A stretch of DNA of 64,000 nt from Alphaproteobacteria bacterium (GTDB lineage: Bacteria; Pseudomonadota; Alphaproteobacteria; CAAGCB01; CAG-977), in assembly GCA_017480385.1 (NCBI GenBank), contig JAFVAT010000005.1, positions 85,205 through 149,204 of the forward strand. Reading direction: 5' to 3'. A program made the position numbers and the translations under genes. Shown one piece after another: positions 30,619 through 40,884 of the stretch (position 1 is the stretch's first letter; each line of letters opens with the position of its first letter). The notes under the pieces are model-generated. The model saw nothing but the letters and a program-made list of their open reading frames with translations, had not been told where the DNA came from and ran no database searches.

Positions 30619-31161
30619 ATGTCTTGTTTGCTTGCCGCGCTTTTATTATCGCTTTTGGTTTTTCCGTGTCGGGCAGAAACCATAGAAGAACAATTTTTCA
30701 GAATGGACCGCAATAAAGACGGCTTTTTATCCAAAGAAGAATTTATAAAGGGTATGGAACAAGGGCCGGCTGAGCTTTCTTATTCTGCTGCGGCCCCGCT
30801 GACGGGTCAGATTTCCGCCGCCAAAAAACAAAAAATTATTGATGAATCCGTTGCTGAAGCAAAAAAGATTTTGCCGTTTAAAGTGGATCAGGCCACGACA
30901 TGGACGGACGTTTACGGCAGCAGTGATGAAATTCATTACGTATACCAGATTGAAATGGATATCGGTTCCGTACCGGCGGAACAAACCGCAATGCTCAAGC
31001 CCCTTTTAGAAGAGCAAATCTGCACAAAAGTAAAACCGGCCATGTGCGGCATCGCCAATGACCTTTTATTGAAAAACGGCATTTCACTGAAAACGCACTA
31101 TAATGATAAAAGCGGTCGGCTGATCGCTGAATGCCGCTTTATTCAGACGGACTGCGAATAA
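30619..31161 (+). CDS. secreted EF-hand-containing protein
   Basis: Signal peptide then EF-hand loop 'DRNKDGFLSKEEF'. Confidence 0.5.
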   Translation: MSCLLAALLLSLLVFPCRAETIEEQFFRMDRNKDGFLSKEEFIKGMEQGPAELSYSAAAPLTGQISAAKKQKIIDESVAEAKKILPFKVDQATTWTDVYGSSDEIHYVYQIEMDIGSVPAEQTAMLKPLLEEQICTKVKPAMCGIANDLLLKNGISLKTHYNDKSGRLIAECRFIQTDCE

Positions 31162-31162
31162 T

Positions 31163-32161
31163 CTATCCGACCTTTTTGGCGATCAGTTCGCTTAAAGAAG
31201 TTTCCGGTCGCGCCCCGTAGTGGGAGATAATCTCCGCTGCGGCCAAAGCTCCCATTTGCAAACATTCAAAAACAGACCTGCCATGGGAAAAACCGGTCAA
31301 AAAACCGGCAGCAAACAAATCTCCGGCACCGGTTGTATCAATGACACGGTTAATCGGTGCAGCGGGAATTTCATACCGATCCTGACCGCAAATCGCAATT
31401 GCTCCTTTGGCTCCGCGGGTAACAACAACGATTTCGCACAAATTTTCAGAATGCTTAAACGCCTCTTCCGGATCGTCCGTATCAAACAACGCTTTAATTT
31501 CGTCTTCGTTGCAAAACAGAATGTCAACCCCGTTTTTAATCAGCTGCAGGAAACTGTCCCGATGACGATTGACACAATACGGATCGGACAAAGACAGCGA
31601 TACTTTGCGGTCATACTTATGCGCCAATTCAACGGCATAGGCCAAAGCGTCCTTTGCTTCGGGTCTGTCCCACAAATACCCCTCCATATAAACGATTTTG
31701 GTCTGACGGATTAAATCTTCATCAATATCCTTGCGTGATAACTTGGAACATGCCCCCAAATACGTATTCATCGTTCTTTGCGCATCGGGGCTGACAATCA
31801 CCATGCAGCGCGCGGTCGGCCTTTCATTTTCCAAACAAGGAGTCGTAAAATAAACACCGGAGCGCGTAATGTCTTTTCTGAAAATTTCGCCTAATTGATC
31901 GTCGGCGACTTTGCCGATAAAAGCGGGTCTTCCGCCCAAAGCTGCAATGCCCACCGCCGTATTTGCCGCCGATCCGCCGGAACATTCAACGCCGTTCTGC
32001 GCGATATGGCTGTAAATCATTTCGGCAGCCGGCGCATCTATCAGCGTCATCATTCCTTTGGGCATATTGTGTTTTGCTAAAAACTCGTCGTCCATGTTGG
32101 CCAGTACGTCAACCATGGCATTGCCAATGGCAACAACGTCAAAACGTGTCAGAGCGTTCAT
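31163..32161 (-). CDS. adenosine kinase (PfkB family)
   Basis: 332 aa; 'VVAIGNAMVD', 'DTTGAGD' PfkB motifs. Confidence 0.8.
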   Translation of the reverse strand: MNALTRFDVVAIGNAMVDVLANMDDEFLAKHNMPKGMMTLIDAPAAEMIYSHIAQNGVECSGGSAANTAVGIAALGGRPAFIGKVADDQLGEIFRKDITRSGVYFTTPCLENERPTARCMVIVSPDAQRTMNTYLGACSKLSRKDIDEDLIRQTKIVYMEGYLWDRPEAKDALAYAVELAHKYDRKVSLSLSDPYCVNRHRDSFLQLIKNGVDILFCNEDEIKALFDTDDPEEAFKHSENLCEIVVVTRGAKGAIAICGQDRYEIPAAPINRVIDTTGAGDLFAAGFLTGFSHGRSVFECLQMGALAAAEIISHYGARPETSLSELIAKKVG

Positions 32162-32272
32162 ATAGTATAAAACCTCCGTATGGGGTTAATGTGCATATGC
32201 AGTATAAAGAATCTTACAATTCAAACAAGACTCTGTTACAAAAAACAGGAAACTTTTTTTTGGGAAAAGGCA

Positions 32273-32959
32273 ATGCTGTTTGAATTTAAAAGCGCGATAA
32301 AAGATATTTTTTCAAGTAAAATCAGAAGCTTGATTTGGGGTTCCGCCCTCTTGACGCTACTGATTTTCATTATATTGTTTTTTAGTTTTTCCCATGCGGT
32401 CTCCTTACTGCCGTTGACCGACATGCCAAAAGTGCAAAAAATAGTTGAAGTCTTTGGATATATTATATTTTTTATCCTTTCTTTGATGTTTTTTCCGTCT
32501 GTTGTTACGTTTATTTCCGGATTTTTTATCGACTCGGTTGTAAACCGTATGGCCGCTCGGAACAATATTCATGCGCTAAGGACCGTTCCTTTAAAAGAAA
32601 GTCTTGCTTTATCCGGAGTCGCGGCCATAAAAGGAATTATGGTATCCATTGGACTGGCTCTGGCATCTTTGTTGTTTGGCCTTATTCCTTTCATCAACCT
32701 TGTGCCGGTTATTTTGTATTACGGACTGAACGGGCGCCTGCTGGCCAGAGAATATTTTTTCGCTGCGGCCCTGCGTTATCTGGAAAAACAGGACGCGGAA
32801 GATCTTTTTAACCGTTATCAGGCATACTGGGTCAGAGCCGGCATTATCATCGCGATTTTAATGACAGTGCCAATTGTGAACATGATTGCGCCGCTAATTG
32901 CCATGGCTTTTATGCAAAGGTTGTTTTTGAAGAAAAATCCGAATCGGGAAAAAGCATGA
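32273..32959 (+). CDS. EI24/CysZ-like integral membrane protein
   Basis: 4-5 TM helices; start assigned to the internal Met of ORF 32180..32959. Confidence 0.5.
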   Translation: MLFEFKSAIKDIFSSKIRSLIWGSALLTLLIFIILFFSFSHAVSLLPLTDMPKVQKIVEVFGYIIFFILSLMFFPSVVTFISGFFIDSVVNRMAARNNIHALRTVPLKESLALSGVAAIKGIMVSIGLALASLLFGLIPFINLVPVILYYGLNGRLLAREYFFAAALRYLEKQDAEDLFNRYQAYWVRAGIIIAILMTVPIVNMIAPLIAMAFMQRLFLKKNPNREKA

Positions 32960-33336
32960 AAAAAGGTTTTTATTTTGGTGTTGTTTTAAGCTTATTGACC
33001 GCTGCCGGCTGTGTTTCCGAAAATGCGGCGGATCCAAACGGCGGAAAACCGACAATCGCTGCCAAACCCGAAGCCGTGATTCGTTCCGGGCGCAAAGATC
33101 CGCTGCTGAAATCCGACTACGTTTTGTCCGTTCTGGGCGAACCTTCGGTAAAACGGTATGAAAAGCCTTCGGAAGTATGGGTATATGCACAAACGGGGTG
33201 CGTTTTGTTCATTTATATGAACGATCAGGAGGACGGTTCCAAACTTGTCCGTCATATGGAAATCGGTACGCCGACTTTTAAGGCCAGACATAAAAACTCT
33301 TTGCCTTGTTTAAGAACAGCAGCAAAATTACGGTAA
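32956..33336 (+). CDS. hypothetical lipoprotein
   Basis: 'MKKGFYFGVVLSLLTAAGC' lipobox. Confidence 0.5.
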   Translation: MKKGFYFGVVLSLLTAAGCVSENAADPNGGKPTIAAKPEAVIRSGRKDPLLKSDYVLSVLGEPSVKRYEKPSEVWVYAQTGCVLFIYMNDQEDGSKLVRHMEIGTPTFKARHKNSLPCLRTAAKLR

Positions 33337-33372
33337 GAATAAAAAAGCCGGCGTTTTAACCGGCTTTTCTGA

Positions 33373-33690
33373 TTACATCTGTTCGTTAATCCAAGCGGAT
33401 AATTTTGATTTTGTAATCGCGCCGGAATGCGTGGCGACCGCTTCGCCGTTTTTAAACATGATCAGCGTTGGAATGCCGCGAACGCCAAAGTTTGTCGGCG
33501 TTTCGGGAGATTCGTCAATATTCATTTTAACGACTTTCAATTTGGCATCGCCGATTTCTTTGGACACTTCCTCCAAAACGGGGCCCAGCTGACGGCACGG
33601 AGAACACCATTCGGCATAAAAATCAACCAGAACAGGAATGTCGGAATTTTTGATTTCATTAGCAAATTCGCTGTCTTTGATTACTTTCAT
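33373..33690 (-). CDS. trxA: thioredoxin
   Basis: 'WCSPCRQ' active site; start at ATG 33690 with GGAAAG RBS. Confidence 0.9.
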   Translation of the reverse strand: MKVIKDSEFANEIKNSDIPVLVDFYAEWCSPCRQLGPVLEEVSKEIGDAKLKVVKMNIDESPETPTNFGVRGIPTLIMFKNGEAVATHSGAITKSKLSAWINEQM

Positions 33691-33749
33691 CGTTGCTTTC
33701 CTTTCTGTAAAAAAGTGTCCTTTATATATAGGGACGTTTTGATCAGCGG

Positions 33750-36700
33750 TCAATACTCCATTATATCACAAACGGCCTCTGTGATATCCATCAGCTTAGG
33801 CGCTTCGGTCCATAACAAAAAGCACCGAATCTGTTTATCAGGGTAAATTTCTGCCATTAACGCGCGGTAAGCGGCCATTTGTTTTAAATAAGCCGCGGGC
33901 GTTTCTTTGACTGACGCGGGAATGAAACGTCCTGTTTTATAATCAATCAGGCGCACTTCTTGGTCTGAAACGCTGATTCTGTCAATACGACCATTGATCA
34001 CGCGGCTGCCGACAACGCCGGAAACGGGCACTTCCGCCAAAGAAGATGCGGCGAACAAATCCGATGCCGCCGAATCATTTAGCAGCGTTAAAACATCATG
34101 TATCAAAGCTTCCCGTTCACTTTTTTTCGCTGAAGGCATCTGTACCGACACCACTTTTTCAGCAGCGGCAGGGTGGTCTTGGATCGGATATTGCGGCAAA
34201 ATTTCCAACAGCGCGTGAATGACCTGACCGCGTCTCATCGCCTCGATTCGCCCCTGCGTTAACGGAGACAGGCACGCAGGCTCTTCCACGTCCGGTCGGG
34301 ACGGCGCCAATGGTCGCGGCGGCGTCGGTTCTTTCGGAGCAGCAGCCGCAATCCATTCCGGCAGCGGGCGCGTTTCTTGATCAAGCGCGTCTTGCTTTTC
34401 AACAATCGGCGGTATTTCCTGCGCCGAAGACAAACGCAAAACCGGTTCTTCAAACAGATCGGTCTGGACTTCCTGAACCCGATAGGAAAGCGTGCCGTCC
34501 GGATTTTCCGTACTTAACGCACCGCGCACTAAATCGTACCAGTTATTTTTCGCATTTCGGGAGGTATCCCAGCCCGTAATGTACAACCGGTCTGCCGCGC
34601 GTGTCAGAGCCACATAAAGCAGTCGGTTGTATTCGCGCTGATTTTTTTCCTTCAGGCGTTCTATTTCTTCGCTGATCAGGTCTGTGCGCCATTGCGCGCT
34701 CGGAGCCCAAAAAAACATTTCATCGTTTCCGTTTTTCGGCCAAAAAGTTTTCGGCGAAAAAAATTTCAGCTGACGGGTATCCGGCAAAAAGACGATCGGC
34801 GCCTGCAATCCTTTGGCGGCATGAACCGTCATAATGCGTACGGCGTTTAATCCGGATTGTTCGGGGTCGCGTTTGATCTCGACATCATTTTGACGCAGAC
34901 TGCTTAAAAAGCTTTGCAAGGAAGGCGGACCGGATTGGTCGTGCTGCAAAGCCAAAGACAGAAATTCGTCCAAAGCGTCCAAAGCCTGTATGCCCAGACG
35001 GGAAACAAAAGCCTTTTGCCGCCCCAAGGGGCCCAAAATATAAGAATACAGTTCATAGGGACGCATTTTATCCACGCGTGAAAGCAGGTCTTTAATGAAC
35101 GAACAGGCCTTCCCCAACGGTGTTTCCGGCTGATTTTCATAAGTCCTGAGCCGGTTAAACAGCGTCGTTTTTCCGCGATTGTATGCTAAGGCGAATAGAT
35201 CTTTTTCCGAAACGCCGTCAAGCGGCATTTTCAAACGGCGCGCCGTTTCCAAGTCTTCGGCGGATAAATCATCGGCGGAAACACCGCATAAAGGGGAACG
35301 CAAAACGGTCGCCAAAGCCAGATCGTCTTCGGGCAGCAGCAATACGTCCCCCAAAGCCATTAAGTCTTTGACGGCGATATGCGACGTGATTTTCAACCGG
35401 TCAACGCCGGAAACGGGAACGCCGCGCGTTTTTAATTCGCGGGACAAATCGTTGATAAAGGAATTGCGGCGGCGGACCAAAATCAGGATATCTCCCGCCT
35501 GTATCGGTCGACCGGCGGATTCCAGCATTTCTTTTGAATCGAGCATATCTGCGATTTTTTGGGCGATTTTACGGGCCAAACGGGCGGAAGGCGTTTGGGA
35601 AAAAACGCGTTCGACCGGTTTTGTAAAAGGACGCTGAGCATCATTTTCTTCGGGCTTTTCCGTCGGCCAGACTTCAATCAGGCCGGCCTGCTTTTTGCGC
35701 CAGGAAATATGCGTGACATTTTCGTCGGGTTCAGCCACGCCGCTGCGCGCCGGATCAAAACGCAGCACAAAATTAACGGCGTCAATAACGGCGGGAACAG
35801 AACGGAAAGAAATATACATCGGAACGTCATTCCACGCTTTTCCGGCACTTTCGACTTTTGCTTTAAAGAATTGGCGCATCTGTTCAAATTCTTCCGGAAC
35901 AGCGCCCTGAAAGCTGAAAATCGATTGCTTTTTATCGCCGACCGCAAAGAGCGTCCTGTTTGTTTGGCGCAGTCCGGCGCCGGCAAAAAATTCTTCCGCC
36001 AGCGCTTTGATGATCGCCCATTGGTCAGGACTGGTATCCTGCGCTTCATCAACCAGAATATGATCAATGCCGCCGTCCAGTTTGAACAAGACCCAAGCAG
36101 CGGCTCCGGAGCCTTCCAGCAGTGCTTTTGCCGCAGCGATCAAATCGTCGTAATCCATAACGCCGCGGTCGTTTTTTAAAAGCATGTATTCGTTTAAAAT
36201 GGCTGAGCTGATACGGAACAAAGCTAAAGAAAGCTTCATATTTTGAATGGCTTGCAGATGCTTGGAAAAAAGCAGCGCTTTTTGCGCTTCCGCTTCCATT
36301 ACAGGTAGAACGGCAGCGGATTCTTTACAGGCCAACTGATCGCGAATTGTTCCGCTGCCGGTCAGAAAAACGGAGACATACTGCTGCGCAAGATCAGGCC
36401 TGTCCTCTTGGGCCGCCGCCAAAAAAGGATACATTTTTTCCGCTTTTTCCCGATCCGTTTTTTTAGCGGACGCACTTAAAACATCTGCCGCCTGCTTCAG
36501 CGCTTTGTATCGTTCGTCTTCCAAACGGCAAAATTCCCGCGTCAGGGAATCAGGCGTGCTTCCGACTGGAAGGTCCAGCATTTTTTCATAAGCATCCGTT
36601 AAGTCCCGCAGGGAAGAATAGTGCCGGTTTATGCGTTTTAATGCGGGCAAGTGCAAAGTCATTTCCGTTAAAACATCTAAAAAGCCGTCTTCCGTCGTTA

Positions 36701-37232
36701 CCGCGGTAATGATATCCAGAGCGTCTTCATATTCGGGACGGCTTAATATGGCCTTTTGCGCCTGAGCAATCAGTTCTTTCGCTCCGATCTCGTCCAAAAT
36801 ATCAAACTGCGGAGAAATGCCGGCCTCCAACGGAAAGCGTTTTAACAAAGACTGGCAGAAACCGTGCAGCGTTGTAATTTTCAGCCCGCCGGCAGTATCT
36901 AATAAGCGCGCGAACAGGCGGCGGGCCTGAGCGATTCTTTTCGCATCGGGCGGCGTGCCGGCCAAATCGGTCAATTCCCTGATCAGCGTTTCTTCCTCCG
37001 TAGAGGCCCATTTTGCCAATCTGGCGGCGATGCGGTTGGCCATTTGAGCCGCGGCGGTACGCGTAAACGTCAGGCATAAAATTTTTTCGGGCGGCGTGCC
37101 GGTTAACAACAAATTCAGCACCCGGTCGGACAATACTTTTGTTTTGCCCGATCCGGCGGAAGCCGCCACCCAGGCGGATTCTTCGGGATTGGCCGCAATG
37201 CGCTGCAAAACGTTCGGATCGCTTAAATCCAT
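33750..37232 (-). CDS. addA: double-strand break repair helicase/nuclease AddA (UvrD-like + PD-(D/E)XK)
   Basis: Walker A 'ASAGSGKTKVL'; C-terminal nuclease 'RIDRISVSDQEVRLIDYKTG'; start at 37232 with AGGGGAGG RBS. Confidence 0.85.
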   Translation of the reverse strand: MDLSDPNVLQRIAANPEESAWVAASAGSGKTKVLSDRVLNLLLTGTPPEKILCLTFTRTAAAQMANRIAARLAKWASTEEETLIRELTDLAGTPPDAKRIAQARRLFARLLDTAGGLKITTLHGFCQSLLKRFPLEAGISPQFDILDEIGAKELIAQAQKAILSRPEYEDALDIITAVTTEDGFLDVLTEMTLHLPALKRINRHYSSLRDLTDAYEKMLDLPVGSTPDSLTREFCRLEDERYKALKQAADVLSASAKKTDREKAEKMYPFLAAAQEDRPDLAQQYVSVFLTGSGTIRDQLACKESAAVLPVMEAEAQKALLFSKHLQAIQNMKLSLALFRISSAILNEYMLLKNDRGVMDYDDLIAAAKALLEGSGAAAWVLFKLDGGIDHILVDEAQDTSPDQWAIIKALAEEFFAGAGLRQTNRTLFAVGDKKQSIFSFQGAVPEEFEQMRQFFKAKVESAGKAWNDVPMYISFRSVPAVIDAVNFVLRFDPARSGVAEPDENVTHISWRKKQAGLIEVWPTEKPEENDAQRPFTKPVERVFSQTPSARLARKIAQKIADMLDSKEMLESAGRPIQAGDILILVRRRNSFINDLSRELKTRGVPVSGVDRLKITSHIAVKDLMALGDVLLLPEDDLALATVLRSPLCGVSADDLSAEDLETARRLKMPLDGVSEKDLFALAYNRGKTTLFNRLRTYENQPETPLGKACSFIKDLLSRVDKMRPYELYSYILGPLGRQKAFVSRLGIQALDALDEFLSLALQHDQSGPPSLQSFLSSLRQNDVEIKRDPEQSGLNAVRIMTVHAAKGLQAPIVFLPDTRQLKFFSPKTFWPKNGNDEMFFWAPSAQWRTDLISEEIERLKEKNQREYNRLLYVALTRAADRLYITGWDTSRNAKNNWYDLVRGALSTENPDGTLSYRVQEVQTDLFEEPVLRLSSAQEIPPIVEKQDALDQETRPLPEWIAAAAPKEPTPPRPLAPSRPDVEEPACLSPLTQGRIEAMRRGQVIHALLEILPQYPIQDHPAAAEKVVSVQMPSAKKSEREALIHDVLTLLNDSAASDLFAASSLAEVPVSGVVGSRVINGRIDRISVSDQEVRLIDYKTGRFIPASVKETPAAYLKQMAAYRALMAEIYPDKQIRCFLLWTEAPKLMDITEAVCDIMEY

Positions 37233-37233
37233 G

Positions 37234-40173
37234 TCAGGCCTCCCCTTCTTCTTCAGACGAATCGGAGGTGGCCCATTCGTCAAATCGCGCCAAGTGGTCA
37301 TAATCGTTATATGTCAGAGAAACGCTTGTGTCCGGAGTCGCCAGATAAGGCGTTTTTTCATCGTCGTACGTGTTAATCAGATCAATCAGCCGGTCTAAAG
37401 CTTCCTGCGCTAACGAAGCGGGTTCCGCTTTCAAAGGAACAATTTTGCCGCCGTCCTGCTGTCCTCTTAAGCGCCAATATTCCAAAACCGTTATTTCTTC
37501 AGAAGGTATTTTTTCAAATCCGTTGTGCGCAAAAATCGCGGCTTCCAAAGGCAGCTGAGGAGAATAGCCGGCCAAAACGGTTTTTTCGTTGGGAAGCAGT
37601 CCGGTTTTATAATCAATCAGGCTGACAGATCCGTCTTTCATCAGATCTATTCTGTCGGCGATGCAGCGAAGCGTAAAAGGACCGTTTTTGGCTTGGAAGG
37701 TTAATTCCCCCGATTGTTCGCAAAAAACGGTGCCGATTCGATCAATTCTTTGCTTTTGCCGGTCAACAAACCATTTCAGCGCAGCGATTAACCGCGGTTT
37801 CCAAAAGGCCGCTGCCGTTTGGGAAAAGTTCAGTTCTTTAAATAACTTAAGGCCGAGTTCCTGAATTTTTTGTTCCGCATCAACAGGCAGATCAGACGGA
37901 TACTGTCTGCAAAACAGCTCGACCGTTTTATGTACAATCGTACCGTAATCCGAAAGATCAAGCTCCTGATTCAGATCGTCCAGTTTTTTCAGTCCTAAAA
38001 TATAACGTGCGTAAATCGAGTAGGGATCGCGCATTAAAGTTTCAATCTTTGTAACGGACAGCCGTCTGGGGCGCGCTGAAACGGGCGGGCGGGGATTAGG
38101 CGGCAAAAAAGACAGGACGGCGCCCGGCTCGTCTGTTTTTGCTGCCCAAGCTGACCAAGGGCCGGCTTCAAACCGTAAACCGGAAATGTCCAGTACTGTT
38201 TCCAGACGCATCAGCCAGCGCGACGGCACGCTTGGTGTGCCGCCTTCTTTGACCGATCGGGTCATGATCAGCCGTTTAGCGCAGAATCCTTGTGCGAAGT
38301 CATGCGCGGAGAGAGCGATTTTCCTTTCCGGAGAAGATAAGCCGCACTGTTCCCGCATCGGTCGGGAAAGCCACGGATCCGCGTCCGGCGTTTTCGGCCA
38401 AACGCCTTCGTTCAGTCCGCCCATAATCAGCACGTCGGGCTGAATCAGCCGCGCTTCCATTGTGCCTAAAATATCCAGACGCGAATGCATGCCGTACTTG
38501 GGACGCACGGTGACGCCTTTAAACAAAGCGGCAAGCAGGGAAAGATATTCAGCCGCCGTCAGCTTTTCGATCAAAGCGGACTGGCCCTTCAGCTCAGTCA
38601 AAAACGCCGCCGCCGTTTCTCCGGCGTCCCCGCTCCATAACCGCTGAGCGCCGGTTCTGTCCGCGCTTTCGGCCAAATTTTCGGCAGCGGCCAGATGAGC
38701 GTCCAAAAAAGCCTCAAAAGCATATGATTCCTCTGCGTTCATCAGTGCGGAAAAGGCGCTTAAACGATTTTCCAAATCCTGCACAAAAGGCATTAAATCG
38801 GTTTCCTGCGCCGTTTGTGCCGCCGCTTTTAATCCGTCAAAACCGTCTCCTAAACGCTGACCGCGCAGCGCTTTCAGCTCTAATGTCCGCACTTGTGACC
38901 GAAACGAAGCGAAATCTTTTCCGCCCAAAGCCAACGGGTGTTTCAGACATGACAACAATTCAACCGGCGTCCAATTGTTCAAGGCCGCCTGTCCCAACAG
39001 CAATAAAAAGGATCCCGGTTCCGTTAACGTTAAATTCGTTCCGCCGGAATCGTCCATAACGATTCCCCACCGGTTCATTTCGGCAGCGACACGACGGGCC
39101 AAAGCTCTGTTCGGCGTGATCAAAGCGGCTGTTTTCCCCGGCATTTCCAGCGTTTGCCGCAAAATCAGCGCGATTGTCAGCGCTTCTTCCTGTACAGAAG
39201 AGCAATCTATTTTTTCAATGCCCTCAACGGCTTCTTTGGTAAACGGTTCCGCCGTACGCCACAGATCTGTCGTCGCTGACGGTCGCATGGCTTCGCTGAT
39301 CAGGCGCAGGCGTTCCTGCCGGATCGGAGGCTGACCGCCGAAGGGCTGTACGTCCGCCCGCGTTATTCCCATTTTTTTCAACAGCTGCTTTAAATTATAT
39401 TGAGGGTGGGAAGGCTCGCAGGCGTTAAAGCTTTTTTCGTCAAGCAGCATATCCAGTCCGGGCAGAATGACTTTGCCGTTTTTCACAGAAGCAATCGCGT
39501 CCAGCAGTTCCGCCGTCGCCGGCTGCGACCCCGTCGAACCGGCTGCAATAACGGGAAAATCAGGCGGTGTTTCCCGCCACAGACGCGCCTGGGCCTGAAA
39601 CAGGCGCACACGCCGGTCAGCGACATCGATAACGCCTTCCTCCTGTAGAATTTTAGGCCAAAAGTCTGTGATAATTTCTAAAAACTTTAAAATTTCCTGC
39701 CAATGAACCGCTAATTCGTCCGGAACAAGGTCTCTTAACCGCTCAAACGGCATGCCTTCGATATAGGCCTCGTCCAAAAGAGAAGCTAATGCGTCTGCTA
39801 AAAACAAAGATTTTTCCGCGTTTAATGATTGCGGACTGCGCTGTTGAATCAGGCGCGCTAACAATAACCGTCGGCGCAGCGGCAAAATCGCGGCGGGCAG
39901 ATCCGGCATATTATTCAGCAAACATAACCGCCCCTGCGTTTCTTCATCTTCGATGGACGAAAAGGAAATTAATCGGGGCAGCAGCAAAGGTTTTCCTTCG
40001 CTTTGACGCAGAAAAGCCTCCTGAACGGTTTTGCAGGCGCGCCGCGTCGGCAGGAAAATAACCGTTTTCGCTAATTCGTGGGGAAAGGCCTCATGCTGAC
40101 GCAGCAGTTCCGCCGCCAATGTATCGGCAAAGGAAAAAACGGGAGCTATTGTAAAAACGTTTTTAGCCGCCAT
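37234..40173 (-). CDS. addB: double-strand break repair protein AddB (alphaproteobacterial type)
   Basis: 979 aa directly upstream of addA; C-terminal 'DRIDLMKDGSVSLIDYKTG' nuclease motif. Confidence 0.8.
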   Translation of the reverse strand: MAAKNVFTIAPVFSFADTLAAELLRQHEAFPHELAKTVIFLPTRRACKTVQEAFLRQSEGKPLLLPRLISFSSIEDEETQGRLCLLNNMPDLPAAILPLRRRLLLARLIQQRSPQSLNAEKSLFLADALASLLDEAYIEGMPFERLRDLVPDELAVHWQEILKFLEIITDFWPKILQEEGVIDVADRRVRLFQAQARLWRETPPDFPVIAAGSTGSQPATAELLDAIASVKNGKVILPGLDMLLDEKSFNACEPSHPQYNLKQLLKKMGITRADVQPFGGQPPIRQERLRLISEAMRPSATTDLWRTAEPFTKEAVEGIEKIDCSSVQEEALTIALILRQTLEMPGKTAALITPNRALARRVAAEMNRWGIVMDDSGGTNLTLTEPGSFLLLLGQAALNNWTPVELLSCLKHPLALGGKDFASFRSQVRTLELKALRGQRLGDGFDGLKAAAQTAQETDLMPFVQDLENRLSAFSALMNAEESYAFEAFLDAHLAAAENLAESADRTGAQRLWSGDAGETAAAFLTELKGQSALIEKLTAAEYLSLLAALFKGVTVRPKYGMHSRLDILGTMEARLIQPDVLIMGGLNEGVWPKTPDADPWLSRPMREQCGLSSPERKIALSAHDFAQGFCAKRLIMTRSVKEGGTPSVPSRWLMRLETVLDISGLRFEAGPWSAWAAKTDEPGAVLSFLPPNPRPPVSARPRRLSVTKIETLMRDPYSIYARYILGLKKLDDLNQELDLSDYGTIVHKTVELFCRQYPSDLPVDAEQKIQELGLKLFKELNFSQTAAAFWKPRLIAALKWFVDRQKQRIDRIGTVFCEQSGELTFQAKNGPFTLRCIADRIDLMKDGSVSLIDYKTGLLPNEKTVLAGYSPQLPLEAAIFAHNGFEKIPSEEITVLEYWRLRGQQDGGKIVPLKAEPASLAQEALDRLIDLINTYDDEKTPYLATPDTSVSLTYNDYDHLARFDEWATSDSSEEEGEA

Positions 40174-40176
40174 AAC

Positions 40177-40884
40177 CTATTCCCGCAGCCGTTTTTCCGC
40201 CAGCGCCAAAGCCTCGGGCGTGCCGACATGATACCAATCGCCCGCGCCGACAACAGCCGCCAAGCGTCCGGCTTGTTCAGCCTTATCATACAATAAGTTC
40301 AAAGAAAACTTTCCTTCGGGCGCATCGGCAAAAATCCACGGATTTAAAATCTGCGCGCCGGCATAAACATAAGGGGCGCCTGATTCATCAGGGCGTTTGC
40401 GGCGCGGTCTGCCGTTTTCAAGAAAATAATCGCCTTTGCCGTCATGACCGAAAACGCGTTCAACCGGCCACAGCAGCAGCGAGATATCCGTTTGTTCTTG
40501 ATCAAATGCATCGGCCATGTCTTGCAGCGACGGTCTTTCTTCCGTCCATAAGGGATCGGCGTTTAAAACAAAAAAGGGATTTTCCCCCAGAAAAGGTAAA
40601 GCTTTTTTAACGCCACCGCCGGTTTCCAGCGCTGTTTCTTCCTCGGAAAAAGTCAGATGAATATCAGTACGCTGTCTTAAAGCGGATTTGATCTGATCAC
40701 CTAAATAACAGACGTTCACAACGCCCTGCGTTATCCCGTATGCGGCAATCTTGTCCAAAATACGATCAATCAGCGTTCGCCCTTTTACTTTGATCAGAGG
40801 TTTAGGCGTTTCGTCCGTCAAAGACCGCATGCGCGTTCCCCGTCCTGCGGCCAACACCATGGCTTTTGTTATTTCAACAGGCAT
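40177..40884 (-). CDS. nucleotidyltransferase, MurU-like (N-acetylmuramate-1-phosphate uridylyltransferase)
   Basis: 'KAMVLAAGRGTRMRSLTDETPKPLI' sugar-phosphate nucleotidyltransferase motif; conserved partner of the kinase gene. Confidence 0.65.
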   Translation of the reverse strand: MPVEITKAMVLAAGRGTRMRSLTDETPKPLIKVKGRTLIDRILDKIAAYGITQGVVNVCYLGDQIKSALRQRTDIHLTFSEEETALETGGGVKKALPFLGENPFFVLNADPLWTEERPSLQDMADAFDQEQTDISLLLWPVERVFGHDGKGDYFLENGRPRRKRPDESGAPYVYAGAQILNPWIFADAPEGKFSLNLLYDKAEQAGRLAAVVGAGDWYHVGTPEALALAEKRLRE